Shown here in pieces: positions 1 to 12,130 of a stretch of 64,000 nt of DNA. The stretch's first letter is position 1; each line of letters opens with the position of its first letter. The notes beneath the pieces were generated by a model. That model did no database searches, was not told the DNA's origin, and saw nothing but the letters and a program-made list of their open reading frames with translations. The position numbers and the translations under genes are program-made. Origin of the DNA: Vicugna vicugna (Eukaryota); contig MU058844.1 of the NCBI GenBank assembly GCA_013265495.1, forward strand, positions 10,314,184 through 10,378,183, given 5' to 3'.

Positions 1-3000
1 CATCAGTTATTTCAGAACAAATTATGATTCTTAACCTCATATTTCTTTATTTGTTAGTACTGTTGAAAAGAGTTGAGTTTCAATTTTATAGAATTAATCC
101 TGGGAGACATTAAAGATTGAGAATTAAATATTTGGTGATATTGTTAGGACAGAGCAGATTCTAGTAGCATAATGTCTATTAACATTTTTCCTGGTCTACA
201 TTACAGAAATTTTGTCTTATTTCAATGATGTTTGCAATAATGTTTGTGTTTTGTTTCATGTCAAATAATTGTTTGCAATTTTGGCCTCTTCTGTTTGTCT
301 TTTAATTAAATTTCATTAATGGTTTCAAAGTGTATATAGTTGAAAATTTGACCCTAAAATGTATTTATGATGATTTAAGAATATATTGTGACTGGATAAG
401 GTATTTATATATTTATGCCATTTATTGATACCCTTGCATATGGATATTTAGATATTATGTAAAGTTACCATGCACAGTATTAAGTTCCACAGTATTCTTT
501 TAATTTTCCATTTTTTATTGATCAGAATGAGCCAAGGATTTTCTGTTTTGATCAGTTAAGATTTCCAGCGGATTAATTGGAGGGAGGGGGCACTGGGGAA
601 GTAGGGAGGAGAAGCTAGCTTTACATAGATGGCATATGATGGCAAATTCTTTCATTGTTTAAGTATTTCTAATTCTCTGTAGTTTTTTCAAACTGCAAAA
701 CAGTACCTTACTAATAACTTCAAATTTGTAATATGAATTCACATGGAACTCTTGGTTTAGAATAACTACTCTCTTCTACCATTTTCCTTTGGCTCAGGCA
801 GCTTCCATTTGCCCATTTATTTTCCCTCTGGAAGGAAAAAGGCTGAGCGAGAAACGGGTTTGGTATTCAGTTTTTCAGAGATGTAATTTAGTGACTTACC
901 AGAATCTAAATATTATGAATATTTCAGCCAATAGATGTCAGTGATGTAAAAAATATATAGAGTAATTCCTTCTACTGGGGAAGACCCCTTAACTTTAAAA
1001 TAACCTTTGGGTTGTTCAGAAAATAGTGAGCAATCTAAGACTAATAAGTAAAATTATATGCCCTTTGTCTTTGTAAGAAAGAGATCCAGTATGACAGTTT
1101 GATACAGTAATGATTAAGGCAGCAATGGAATTTAGTATATCCTACCGTCTTTTTGATGAAGAGTTCTTTAGAATTAAAAACATTAAGAATTTGAATTATT
1201 TTTCTCCTCTACATTCTATTCTTAGCAGTCTGTTCTGTGTAGACACCCCAAGGGAAGAGAAAGGAACTGAGTATCAGATGGGGACTATCAAATATAAGAA
1301 ATATATTGTGCATTACAAATTGATAGGCCAGGTTTTTATGCTAGTTTGGGGCAAATACTTGTTTGGAAATTCTAAATGAACAGATTTTACAAGTCTTTCA
1401 GCTAGTAAGTTTTATGCCCTCACTTGCATATATTAAACCAGTTATGATAAATAGATGTATTAACTTTTGTGACAGCTTGAAACTATTGAAAAAGAATCTA
1501 GGCTTCTTGGAAGAGAGTGTGATGGTTGATTAGTGCCATTTGCCATGGAGGTAAAAGAGTATAGTGGCAATGCGAATTTCCCTGTTTTAAACTAAATATG
1601 AAAACTTAGACCATACATAATGGGAATCAAAATTCAATAGTTTATGTCCATGGTTACTTTCAGAGCAGCTCATGAAATGCTGTAGTGATACATGCAGCCA
1701 TCTGGACTGCTATAAACTTTTGTTTAACCAGATATGCTATCACATTTAGGTCTTATTTCTTCTTATTATTTTTTTTCCCTCATCATCTGGTGGAAGTCCA
1801 AAGGCAGTGAATTGCATAGGACCAGTAAGTGCATAAATAAATGTTAAATGAATGGATGGAAAAAAATAGCCATTGGACCATATTTTCCAAGCTGATATTT
1901 CACAGAGGACTTTTCCACATTTAATAGGTATACCACAAAAGAAAAGAAAAAATATTTCTAATTTAAATGATCTAGGAAAATGCTGAGTTAAACACCATTA
2001 AACACATTTCTTCCTCAGTCCTTCAGACCTTTTAATATGTTGTTATGTTCCTAGAGAAGGTCACAATATATAGCATTTTCCAAATTTATATAATGAACTT
2101 CTACAATAAACAGTACAAATTTTATTTGAGAATTAATGTTTCCTATTCTCTGATAACAGTTTATTGGTTATCCTCTTTCTTGTCCTAGAAAATCACTAGA
2201 GTTGTTATAAAATTGAAGAAGTATCTTCTAGCTAAATAAAAACCTTAAGACTCAAGAGAGTCAATATATAGACAGAATAGGAATTATAAAACAATAGGAG
2301 AGAGGGAAGTATCAAGCTTTAGAATAACTTGAGCATCGTAGAAGGAAAGAGGGCAGATGTCCTACCATTTGTACTCTTCTCTTTGGATCTATGCGTCGGT
2401 ATTAATGAAGCCTTATTTAGCAGAATTTCAGCAAGAAAAAGTCCAAGTAAGAAAATGGTGACGACCAAAATGTTTTATTTAGTGAATTTTCTCGTTTTCC
2501 ACTTTTAGGGGGACAAATTAAAGTCACAAAACCATTAGAAATTTAATTTTTAATTAAAAATTTATTTTATAAACTTAAATCAGTACTAATATTTTAATAG
2601 AAACTGAGTTTGGACAAACAGAGCTCTTCAATGAAATGCTTTAATTTAATTTGATGAGCTGTTCCTTACTGATGAGATAAATGTAGTAATTACTGTGACA
2701 GCAAAAAGACAATCATTCAGGATAGTCTAGAAAGCTAAAGGTAAAAAATGATAGAAAACATAAGGATAAAGAGAAAAAGAAAAGTTATATCATTATGATA
2801 TAGTGCCGTAAGTTATTCAACTGAATAGAGAACACAGTGATATTTTCTCAAACCAGATGATAATAAAAACAACTTAAGTCAAAATATAGAAGTGATGGGA
2901 TTTTCATCTTTTAAGTTTGTTGGATGTCTCATTCAAGTAAAAACACCCTCTTGAGAATTTCTTCACCTTCTTTGCTCACAGATTATCTGTAAGTAGAGTA

Positions 3001-4374
3001 GACATGAGGAGGACCAGTCCTCTAGAACTAACTAGCCAGTAAGTAAGAGTTAAATGATGAAATTCAAGCAACTATGATCATGGGTGAGAAATGACTTTGT
3101 CATCTTAGGGTTAATTATTCAAGAAAGTGATTCCTAGGAACAATGAATCATGTATTCTAGTTTTAGACAAGTTCCAAGAAATTAAAGATTCTAAAGGGAA
3201 AGATGCATTCTTATTTATTAAAAACAATGAGGGTTCTCTAAAAAGAATTTTGAAGAAACTAAGTAATTTTAAGGTGTTTGAAGAGGTGTTGTACTCCCTG
3301 AACTTCAGAGCTTTAAAGGACACATAGAAAAAATAGAAAATAAGCCATAAAACCAAGAATAAATTCCAAAGTTTGTTATGAATGCATGAGTAGTGTTAGT
3401 GAGGTTAAAGAGCAGAGTGAATTGCAAATTGAGAAGAATTATAAAGTTGAAAAGAGAGTGTTTAAAAAAATAGTATTTGGAGATATGGGTAGGGGATTTA
3501 ACTTGATAAAAAAAAAAAAAACAGAAAATAGAGATACTCAACTTAGAGCATTCTCTGAGAAATGTGAGCCAGATGGTAATATAACTAGATAAAGTGTTAA
3601 CAGTTGAACTTCCCAAATAATAATGATCTTTGGAGGGAAGTGTTTTTATGTTGCAAGGCTCTGGTCTTTGTTCGACCCTTTAATTCGCTATTTAACCCTT
3701 GATGGAGATTGCATACCTTTGAAACTGTGCATTCCCTGTGACAAGATGGAACATAGACTTACATTTATAAAATAAAATATAGTAAAGATAAATGCCAAGT
3801 TTTCTTCTTTATGTCAGAAAATCAATTACCCAAGAATAAGATGCTGATTTGAAAGCAGTTCATGTGTAAAAACACTTGAATTTTTAGAGAACTTATTAAG
3901 TATGAAGTTTGCCAAAAACTTCATAATAAATTATGAATTAATAAATGCACAATGACAAGAGTGCAGGAGTTCTGCTTCCTCACTAGTCATCCCGTATCCT
4001 GAATGTTGCATTCAGTCCTAACCATTATACCATGAAAAGACATTGACAGTCTAGAGTTTAATGATAACGTCACATACCAGCTAGGATGGTATTTCAGAAA
4101 ATCAGGAAAGGAGCTAAGAGGAATGATGTTACATAGTTTAAAAAAAAAGAAACTCTGGTTAGGAAGAACTTGAAAAATATGTTAGTGTGATTAATTCCAA
4201 TCTAAAAAACTATTAGATTGCATTGAATTTCAGAGTGGGTGTAACCATTTTCTTAAGACTCTTTCTTAAAATCCATTAAAATGCTAAACTTACGTATTTC
4301 ATTTACACATGTTCATATGTAATTACATTCACAGGTATCATACTCCAGCTAACAATTTTTATTTATTGCTGTAG

Positions 4375-4465
4375 ATCATACCTCACTCCTGTTAGAGACG
4401 AAGAATCTGAATCCCAAAGAAAAGCAAGATCTAGACAAGCAAGACAGTCTAGAAGATCAACACAG
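4375..4465 (+). CDS. PPP1R12A: PPP1R12A/MYPT1 coding exon (E15), 91 nt: (R)SYLTPVRDEESESQRKARSRQARQSRRSTQ; contains the inhibitory Thr696-equivalent site (RRST)
   Basis: tgtag| acceptor and |gtatat donor; 1+90 nt phase; translation matches the recognised MYPT1 RQSRRSTQG motif. Confidence 0.97.
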
Positions 4466-4605
4466 GTATATTTAATGTGTATATAATATTATGTAAAATT
4501 CCAAAATAAATTACCTTTCCCTTTTTCACTTCTCTGTGAAAATATTGATGTCAGTATATAATATGAGTAAATTTTAAAAGATAAAGTTTGCTTTAGTAAT
4601 CCTAC

Positions 4606-4695
4606 CATAGCCTTTTGTGTATGGTTATACTGTTAATATTGCATTTCATCCATAGCCTTTTGTGTATGGTTATACTGTTAATACTGCATTTCATC
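4606..4695. repeat. Tandem duplication, 2 x 45 bp, one mismatch
   Basis: catagccttttgtgtatggttatactgttaata(t/c)tgcatttcatc at 4606-4650 and 4651-4695. Confidence 0.95.
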
Positions 4696-5547
4696 TGATT
4701 AGTATATACCTTTGTATCTCTTTGAGTATTTTTTTATTCCTAATGTGATTTGATAAGGATTAAAATGAGTCATATGTGATGTCTAATAATTATTAAAGAA
4801 TTCTATGACTATTGGAAAGGGGCGAGGAATAGATCTATTATATTAGGTATATCAAAAAGCTAATGTGCAAGTATGAGAAAAATGTCGCTTAGGCTAGTTA
4901 CCTTCTTGCCTCCTCCTTGCTATTCTAATTGTATCTCTTATATCCCTTTGTATCTTCTGTTTCCTACAGTTGAGGAGCTCCAAAGTCCAGATTTAACTGT
5001 TTTATCCTTACCATTACTTATATTTCACATTAAACTATGTATGTGCTAGGAGCTTAACATATTATTTTGCCTTTGTGTCTTTACTTCTTGAAGTCCAACT
5101 GGTCCTTTTCAAGACTTAACCTTCCAAAATCACTTCTTTACTGAAATTGTCTCTGTGTGCATATCAATACATAAAAACATAAATACATACAAATTTAACA
5201 TTGTAAATAGTGCATATATTGGCTTTTCCTTCTTTCTCAGAACTTCTTGGGAATGTTTATATGGTATTTTTGTCAGCTCCTATGCTATTTTGTTAATTTC
5301 TTGAATATAGTGGCAGTTTTTAATACACATTTTATTTCTTTCCCAGTGTCTCTTATTATGCTTGCTCATGATGATTCTTCATAGAATGAATGCGACTTAA
5401 CAAAGTAAAAATTGTTTTCACTATGCAAACCAATTCCAAACATGCATATTTGACTTAATACATTTAATTTATTTACTTATAAAATATTCCTTTGAAATGA
5501 GCCTTGATGTGTCTCTCATAATTAAATTTATCTTTCTGTATGTGTAG

Positions 5548-5748
5548 GGGGTAACATTGACTGATCTTCAGGAAGCTGAAAAAACAATAGGAAGAAGTCG
5601 TTCCACCCGAACCAGAGAACAAGAAAATGAAGAAAAAGAAAAAGAGGAGAAAGAAAAACAGGATAGAGAGAAGCAAGAAGAAAAGAAGGAGTCAGAAACA
5701 TCTAGAGAAGATGAATATAAGCAAAAATACTCCAGAACATATGATGAG
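5548..5748 (+). CDS. PPP1R12A: PPP1R12A coding exon (E16), 201 nt: GVTLTDLQEAEKTIGRSRSTRTREQENEEKEKEEKEKQDREKQEEKKESETSREDEYKQKYSRTYDE
   Basis: tgtag| acceptor, |gtagta donor, phase 0-0; overlaps ORF 5557..5775; continues STQ|GVTLTDL. Confidence 0.97.
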
Positions 5749-5991
5749 GTAGTAGTATACCAATGGTATGGCTAGGTCGAATGGTATGGATAGTTCTTGT
5801 GATTCTCAAAATGCAACAGATTTATATACTAACAAACCGTATGCAAAATAATCAAAAGGATTTTAACTGGAAATTTGAATTATTTTGATATGATTAGAAA
5901 CATTACTTTTCCTTTGAAATGAATTTAAGTGTTATGTATGTTATATCTGTATATAATATTTCAAATGGGTATTAATTTTAATGTTTCACAG

Positions 5992-6160
5992 ACTTATCAA
6001 CGCTACAGACCAGCATCAACTTCAAGTTCAACCACTCCTTCCTCTTCACTTTCTACCATGAGTAGTTCACTCTATGCTTCAAGTCAACTAAACAGGCCAA
6101 ATAGTCTTGTAGGTATTACTTCTGCTTACTCCAGAGGATTAACAAAAGAAAATGAAAGAG
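5992..6160 (+). CDS. PPP1R12A: PPP1R12A coding exon (E17), 169 nt: TYQRYRPASTSSSTTPSSSLSTMSSSLYASSQLNRPNSLVGITSAYSRGLTKENER
   Basis: ttcacag| acceptor, |gtaaga donor, phase 0-1; Ser-rich MYPT1 segment inside ORF 5929..6180. Confidence 0.97.
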
Positions 6161-6302
6161 GTAAGAAGACCAAATTTTAAAAACACTTACTTTGTTTCCT
6201 TCAAATAATTTTTGAGTTGATTTTCCCTAATTAATAGTTTAACAAAAAAGAAACAACATCCTAAACTGGAACTCATTCTACCTTAACAGAAAGAATATGA
6301 TG

Positions 6303-6535
6303 AATTGGCAGTTTAAGATTTGCAGATACTAATAACTACTATATATAAAATAGACAAACAACACGTTTCTTCTGTATAGCACAAGGAACTGTATTCAGTA
6401 TCTTATAGTAACTTATAATGAAAGAGAATATGAAAACGAATACATATGTGTATATGTATGCCTGAAACATTATGCTGTACACCAGAAATTGATGGAACAT
6501 TGTAAACCGACTAAACATCAATTTAAAAAAAAAAA
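6303..6535 (+). mobile_element. 5'-truncated L1 3' end (same family as 63315-63846) with A tail
   Basis: atgctgtacaccagaaattga...acattgtaaaccgacta...A11; imperfect TSD aagaatatgatg / aaaagtatgatg. Confidence 0.8.
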
Positions 6536-7194
6536 GTATGATGGCTGAGAATAAGAAAAGTAGAAAATAAGAACAAAATATATGGTCTGGCACTGCTCTT
6601 TATAAACTAAGACTTAACAAAAATCTTTACATCCGTCAATGCAGAAAAGTCAGTTTAGAACTGATGGAACGACTATTTCTAGGAGCAGTTTATTGGAACT
6701 TTAAGTCACTTCTTGCTTATTATGTAGGTCATATATTTTAAATGTATTTTTGTGAAATTGTTTTAAACTAAAATCACTTAACATATGTAGTGTCCTTGCC
6801 AAAACAAAATTGTTTTTATGTTTATTTCTTGAGAAATAGATTCCTTTTTTAGCTGTATATTGGTGTATTGATGCTATTAACATTTCTATTATTTTATATA
6901 AACTTTCTAAAAAATCACTTTTAACATTACTTTGTTCCATATATGTCTTCTTTTTTAAAGCAAGTTCAGAGGCTCTAAACTCTGAATAACTCCTACTTTA
7001 AATAAGAGATGGGTACTAAGTGAAATTATTCCTAATAGTAGACATTTTATGTTTTAAAAGCAAAATCTCATAGTATTAGTTATGATAACATCAGTAATTA
7101 TGTATGAATAAACTTCAGAAAATTAAAGTTTTTTTTTTTTTCAGTTTCAAGCTAGCTTTTCTTTTGTTGGTCATTGAGATATTTCAGTTCTTTA

Positions 7195-7467
7195 AACCCT
7201 AAAGTGTGAGGCCCATGTAATGTTTGAAAATTTTGAGCCAACATTTAAAATTAAGGGTATTTGTATAAAATTTCAGGTTTCTTTCTTCTACTGATAAGTT
7301 AGAAGCTGCAACAACACTGGGTCTGAATTCTCACATGTCAACGATTGGCTGGAGCCAAGTGGTTAGCAGTCCCCCATCCCCCTGGAATAGGGCCCTCCTG
7401 GCCCATTTTACCCGTTCATGTAGCCTGGATGGCCACTATAGGCATTGTGGAGTTAGAGATCTCTGCT
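7195..7467. mobile_element. hAT-Charlie DNA transposon remnant (MER102-like)
   Basis: aacactgggtctgaattctcacatgtcaacgattggctggagccaagt resembles the recalled MER102 core; boundaries approximate. Confidence 0.5.
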
Positions 7468-8288
7468 CTGAACTAATTCTAAAAACAACTTTAAAAACCC
7501 TCTTACTACTATAATTTTGAAGTTTCTTTTGCTGTGACTTTGCTAATGACCCAAAGAGCCTTTTAAAAATCATTTTTAACATTACTTTGTTTCATATATG
7601 TTTACTTTTTAAAAGCATGTTCAGAGGCCCTAGTATTTTTCTAATATGTAAGTGGGAAGCTATTTTAACTATCCTGGGAAGGAAACAAATTTGAAGACTG
7701 ACATTTGTTTACAATGATTTGTTTTTAATGAAAGACATTTTTTTTCCCAAAAAAAGGTTTGCTCTTAGATACTAATAGAAATGAAAGGATACTGTATATT
7801 TAGTCTACTACTGAATGAGGCCTGGGAAAGGTAGTAGCAGAAACTGATAAATTTGTGTGATGCCTACTAGCCATTCCATCGTTACTGTTTGTTTTTATTT
7901 CTTAAAGTGTTAACATTGGGTGTAGTAACTATCTCCCTATCAGACATTAATATCTGGGGCCTCATTCTCTTCATAGGATTCAGTTATTTTCTATTCAATA
8001 AATACTATTAAGTGTGTCTTTTGAGCAAAGTTTTTATTTCAGGCACTGGACAAATGAAGTAATTTAAATTAGTTATTATCTTTATGCTCAAGAACATATC
8101 TAATTAGGGATACGGATACATGGTTAAACGAAGTGTTACAGGAGCACTGATGGGGCAAAAATTATTTCTGATTAGAGAATTTGAGAAGGCTTCACACAAG
8201 AGGTTGGCTTAGAATTGTTTTTACATGTACCTGGCAAAATGCTATGAAGATACATTGCTACCATGTGATTTACTGTAATCCTTAACAG

Positions 8289-8410
8289 AAGGAGAAAAGA
8301 AAGAAGAGGAAAAAGAAGGAGAAGATAAATCACAACCTAAATCAATCAGAGAACGACGGCGACCAAGAGAGAAAAGAAGATCTACAGGAGTTTCATTTTG
8401 GACACAAGAT
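8289..8410 (+). CDS. PPP1R12A: PPP1R12A coding exon (E18), 122 nt: EGEKKEEEKEGEDKSQPKSIRERRRPREKRRSTGVSFWTQD; contains the Thr853-equivalent ROCK site
   Basis: taacag| acceptor, |gtgaga donor, phase 1-0; RRSTGVSFW motif. Confidence 0.97.
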
Positions 8411-8560
8411 GTGAGAACCTATTAAAATAATACTACTTGATAGTATGCTTCATCTTTCCAAGAGTACACACTAATGATTTCTTCTATGCCTCAGACAGTA
8501 TATCCTTTAGATCATCACTGTGTATCTTCAGCCATCTTACTGAAGTCCGGAAACTTCTTT

Positions 8561-8715
8561 TTTTCAATATTTGATTTATTATTGTACTATTTTTATTTTG
8601 GCAGAGGGAAGGTAATTAGATTTATTTATCTTTAGAGGAGGTACTGGGGATTGAACCCAGGACCTTGTGCACACTAAGCATGCGCTCTACCACTTGAGCT
8701 GTACTCTCTCCCCCT
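8561..8715 (-). mobile_element. tRNA-derived SINE (camelid Vic-1-like) with 13-bp TSD
   Basis: Reverse strand reads ggggagagagtacagctcaagtggtagagcgcatgcttagtgtgcacaaggtcctgggttcaatccccagtacctcc (Pol III A and B boxes); TSD cggaaacttcttt at 8548-8560 and 8716-8728. Confidence 0.9.
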
Positions 8716-11386
8716 CGGAAACTTCTTTCTAAGAATGAACAACTGCTTAGATTTCTGGTATTACTTGAAAGCAAGAGTTCTGTTCCAGTTTTGGAATAAA
8801 AATAATAATGGCTGCAGCTCAGCATATGTATGTTGGTTGTTGTATAATGGATACACTGCTTCCTTAGAGTTTCCTGAAAGAAAGGTGATTTATGTGTAAT
8901 CCCATTTTCATGAATATGTTTATCATATATATAACAGTTCCATCTCAAATAATGCTGGATAGAAGAAGTGTTTTGCTTATCAAATTATAGCAATCCTATA
9001 AAATTTGATTTTTTTTCTTGATCTTTGATTGTATGCCTGATGTTGCTACTCATACGCAGGAGAAAGAAGAGCTATAGCGTAACAGGGTTAGTGTGAAATT
9101 TATACTGTTTCAGTACAACGGATAGCTACAGAAGGGCAAAATTTGATTTTTTTTTAAACCTGTTGATTATTTTTTCCTTTTTTAAAAAAATTTTAATACA
9201 GAAAAGTTTAAACATAAAAAAGTATATGACCCCAACCCCAGGTGTCCATTGTTTAAGCTAAATCCTCACCACTTCCCCAGCTACCATATTATTTTGAAGA
9301 AACTCTTATGCATATCATTTTATCTGTAAAATTTTCAGTATGTCCTTTTAAGAGATAAAGACTCCCTTTTAAAAATTATTAAAATTTTATTTTTAAAAAA
9401 TAAGTAAAAATAACCACAGTACATTATTAAACAAAAAATGGTCACAATACCATGACCATGCTTATTTTTAAATAAATTAACAATAAATCCTTAATATTGA
9501 ACTCCAGTTTTAATGTCTTATTGACTCATATTGCCATAAATGGTTTGTTGTTAAGATTTTATACTTTGCTATTTTGATTAGGATCCAAATAATGATCATA
9601 CATTATGATTAGTTATTTCTTTAAAGTATCTTTTAATCAGTAAGTTACTCCCTCCATCTGTTTTTCTTACCATTATTTTTGAATGAACTGAGTTATCATA
9701 GATCCTTGAAATGTAATTTAACACATTCATGTATTTTTTAATGTTTCCTATAAATTGATAATTTCAGGTAGCGAAATGATGACATTCTGGTTCGATATTT
9801 TTTGGCAGGGTATTTTGTTCCTCCATCAGGAAGTCCATGATGTCTGGTTGATTTTAATTGATTGCCCAGTAACATTTAATAATAGTAAAATAAAAGCTCA
9901 CAGTCTTAGCACCTTAACATAGTGACTCTTATTACTTAAAATGATCTCATCTTTTAAGTAACATATGTATATAATGTATTAAGAGTTTCATAGGCAAAAC
10001 TGTTTATTATGTAATACTTATTTTTTACCAATTTTATTAGACCAGCTCTCCCTGCAAAAGTCCACTTTCTGAAGTCATAACACTTAACCAGCATTATAAG
10101 GATTCTTCGTGAGATCCATACTGGCAATACTCATCTTTTTAAGTTGAACTTGCATTCAGTTGTATTCTAATCAGCCATCAACAAAGTCTCCTTTCCTTTC
10201 ACAGCCACATGTTTAATCCTGTATCAGACAAGATACAAAAGAACCAAGGGCTCTGTCAAAGAAAGGTAGTGTGTAGTTAGGCAAGTTTTTGCTCTTTTAA
10301 TTTAATAAGTTCCCCCTTTTTTTATTTTTCGTTTTTTTAGTTAATTCTTTTCAGGACCTCTGAGCCTCCCTACTTTGTGAATTTCCAGTTCCTGTGTTCT
10401 CCCATGAAACTGCAGTGTATGAACACAGTCAGTTCATAATGTGACGTTCATACATTTATATTAATAAATAATACTAGCAGTAGCAGAACTGATTTCTCCT
10501 TAGTAACTTCATGTATTATTTTCGCTAGGTATACGTGACAGCTTGTACCAAGATTCCCTGTAATCCTTAGGACAATTCTGTTGAGTTTTTATTTCTTCTT
10601 TATGGGTGAGGAAACTATGGCTCAATAACTTTTTAAATAAATTTACCCTAAGTCACATTGCTGAAAATAGCTATACCAGTCTGAAATGGGATGATCTAGT
10701 TTTAAAGCCTTCCGTATGTTTATACTGAGCCTGAGTCAGACACGTTTGAGTGCAAGTTTCCCTTTTCATTGAATCCTTTGAGGTTTGTTGAGCCTTCTAG
10801 TAGAATGTTCCCGTTGTCTGGGGTCTAGGCTTTTAGCCTGCTGACACCTTCATTTTCTATTTGGTGTGCTGTAAACTCCCAAGAAATTTCTAGACGGATG
10901 AACTACCTAAACATAATAGGACTGTGGCATAAATCTTGCCAAGCTTATAGAATATAGCTCTTCCTAATTAAGATAATGAGTTTCCTATTTTTGCTGCCTC
11001 CTTATAGTTGAGCAGCTAAACAGTACCTAAACTGACTATTAAAGAGTATGTGGTACCATTACAATATAAAATTGAGTATCTTCTTTTTCATTCTAAGCCT
11101 CCAGCTTCCTCATTCCCAATATGACTGTGTTTCCTAAATCAGATTGTTAGGTAGATGGTCTTTCTTCACCGTATATACTAACATACTTAGATTGTACCAT
11201 ACGGACAAAAGAGGCTTCCAAATAGGGTAGAAAATGTCCCACTTAAAAACCAGTTTTCCTTTTGATCCATTTCCTGTTAGGTTTTTCTCAAGGGTCATTT
11301 TAAATTAGAAAACCCTAACGTATTTAAATATTAACCGTTTGAAATTTATCCTTACTTTTCTAAAATAAGTTGATAATCTGTTTTAG

Positions 11387-11452
11387 AGTGATGAAAATGA
11401 ACAAGAACAACAATCAGATACAGAAGAGGGATCCAATAAGAAAGAAACTCAG
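11387..11452 (+). CDS. PPP1R12A: PPP1R12A coding exon (E19), 66 nt: SDENEQEQQSDTEEGSNKKETQ
   Basis: ttttag| acceptor, |gtaaat donor, phase 0-0. Confidence 0.96.
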
Positions 11453-11792
11453 GTAAATAACATTAATTTTTGTATTTAGAAGTATTCGTATTTTTTAAAG
11501 TTTACTTTTTACTTGTGTTTATATTTATTGATGCAAGACAGTTACTGCCCACTATACGTGTATGCTGGGGATAGACCATCAGTGATTTTCTGGGATCATG
11601 GCTGAAGGGACTGGGAAGGGGCACAAAGTGTATTTTAGAGACATTGGAAATGTTCTGAGTCTTCATTGTAGAGGTTGTATTTTGGATATACACAGCTGTC
11701 AAAACTCATCAAATTGTATACTCTAAATGGATGTGGCTTATTATATGTATAGTAAACTTTGAAGTTGAAAAGAAATAAGAAAAAAGAGAATA

Positions 11793-12130
11793 CAGGTTTC
11801 CACTGGTATCCAAAAGTAGAATGTTCCCATGAGATCTATTGTAAGCCAGGTAAAGTGAAGAAGGAATTACCTTAAGATACATTTTGCTAATGGATGCAAG
11901 AGATAAATTAAGATAAATCACAATGCTCAAGGACAAGTTCAAAACTACGGCAGCCTGATGCTGAAATGTTGAGTGTAGGAGCTTGGCAGTGTGCTTCCCT
12001 TGCTGCCCAGGGTGTGCCGCCTCTGTGATGGCTCGCTGCGAAACAGATGCTAAATGCTATTATTACTTTTCAACTTTTTCGTAAAAGCAAAATGGTACAA
12101 AGTGAACTTTTGATAAGCAGGGGCTACCTA
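11793..12130. mobile_element. TcMar-Tigger-type non-autonomous DNA transposon
   Basis: Imperfect terminal inverted repeats caggtttccactggtatccaaaagt / acttttgataagcaggggctaccta, flanked by TA. Confidence 0.6.

Noticed and set aside
582..606. G-quadruplex-type motif GGG-A-GGGGG-CACT-GGGG-AAGTA-GGG
   Set aside because: A single deep-intronic instance with no supporting context; common by chance.
3111..3616. Lys/Glu-rich ORFs that might be extra MYPT1 exons
   Set aside because: No MYPT1 similarity or convincing splice sites; explained by A-rich intron composition.
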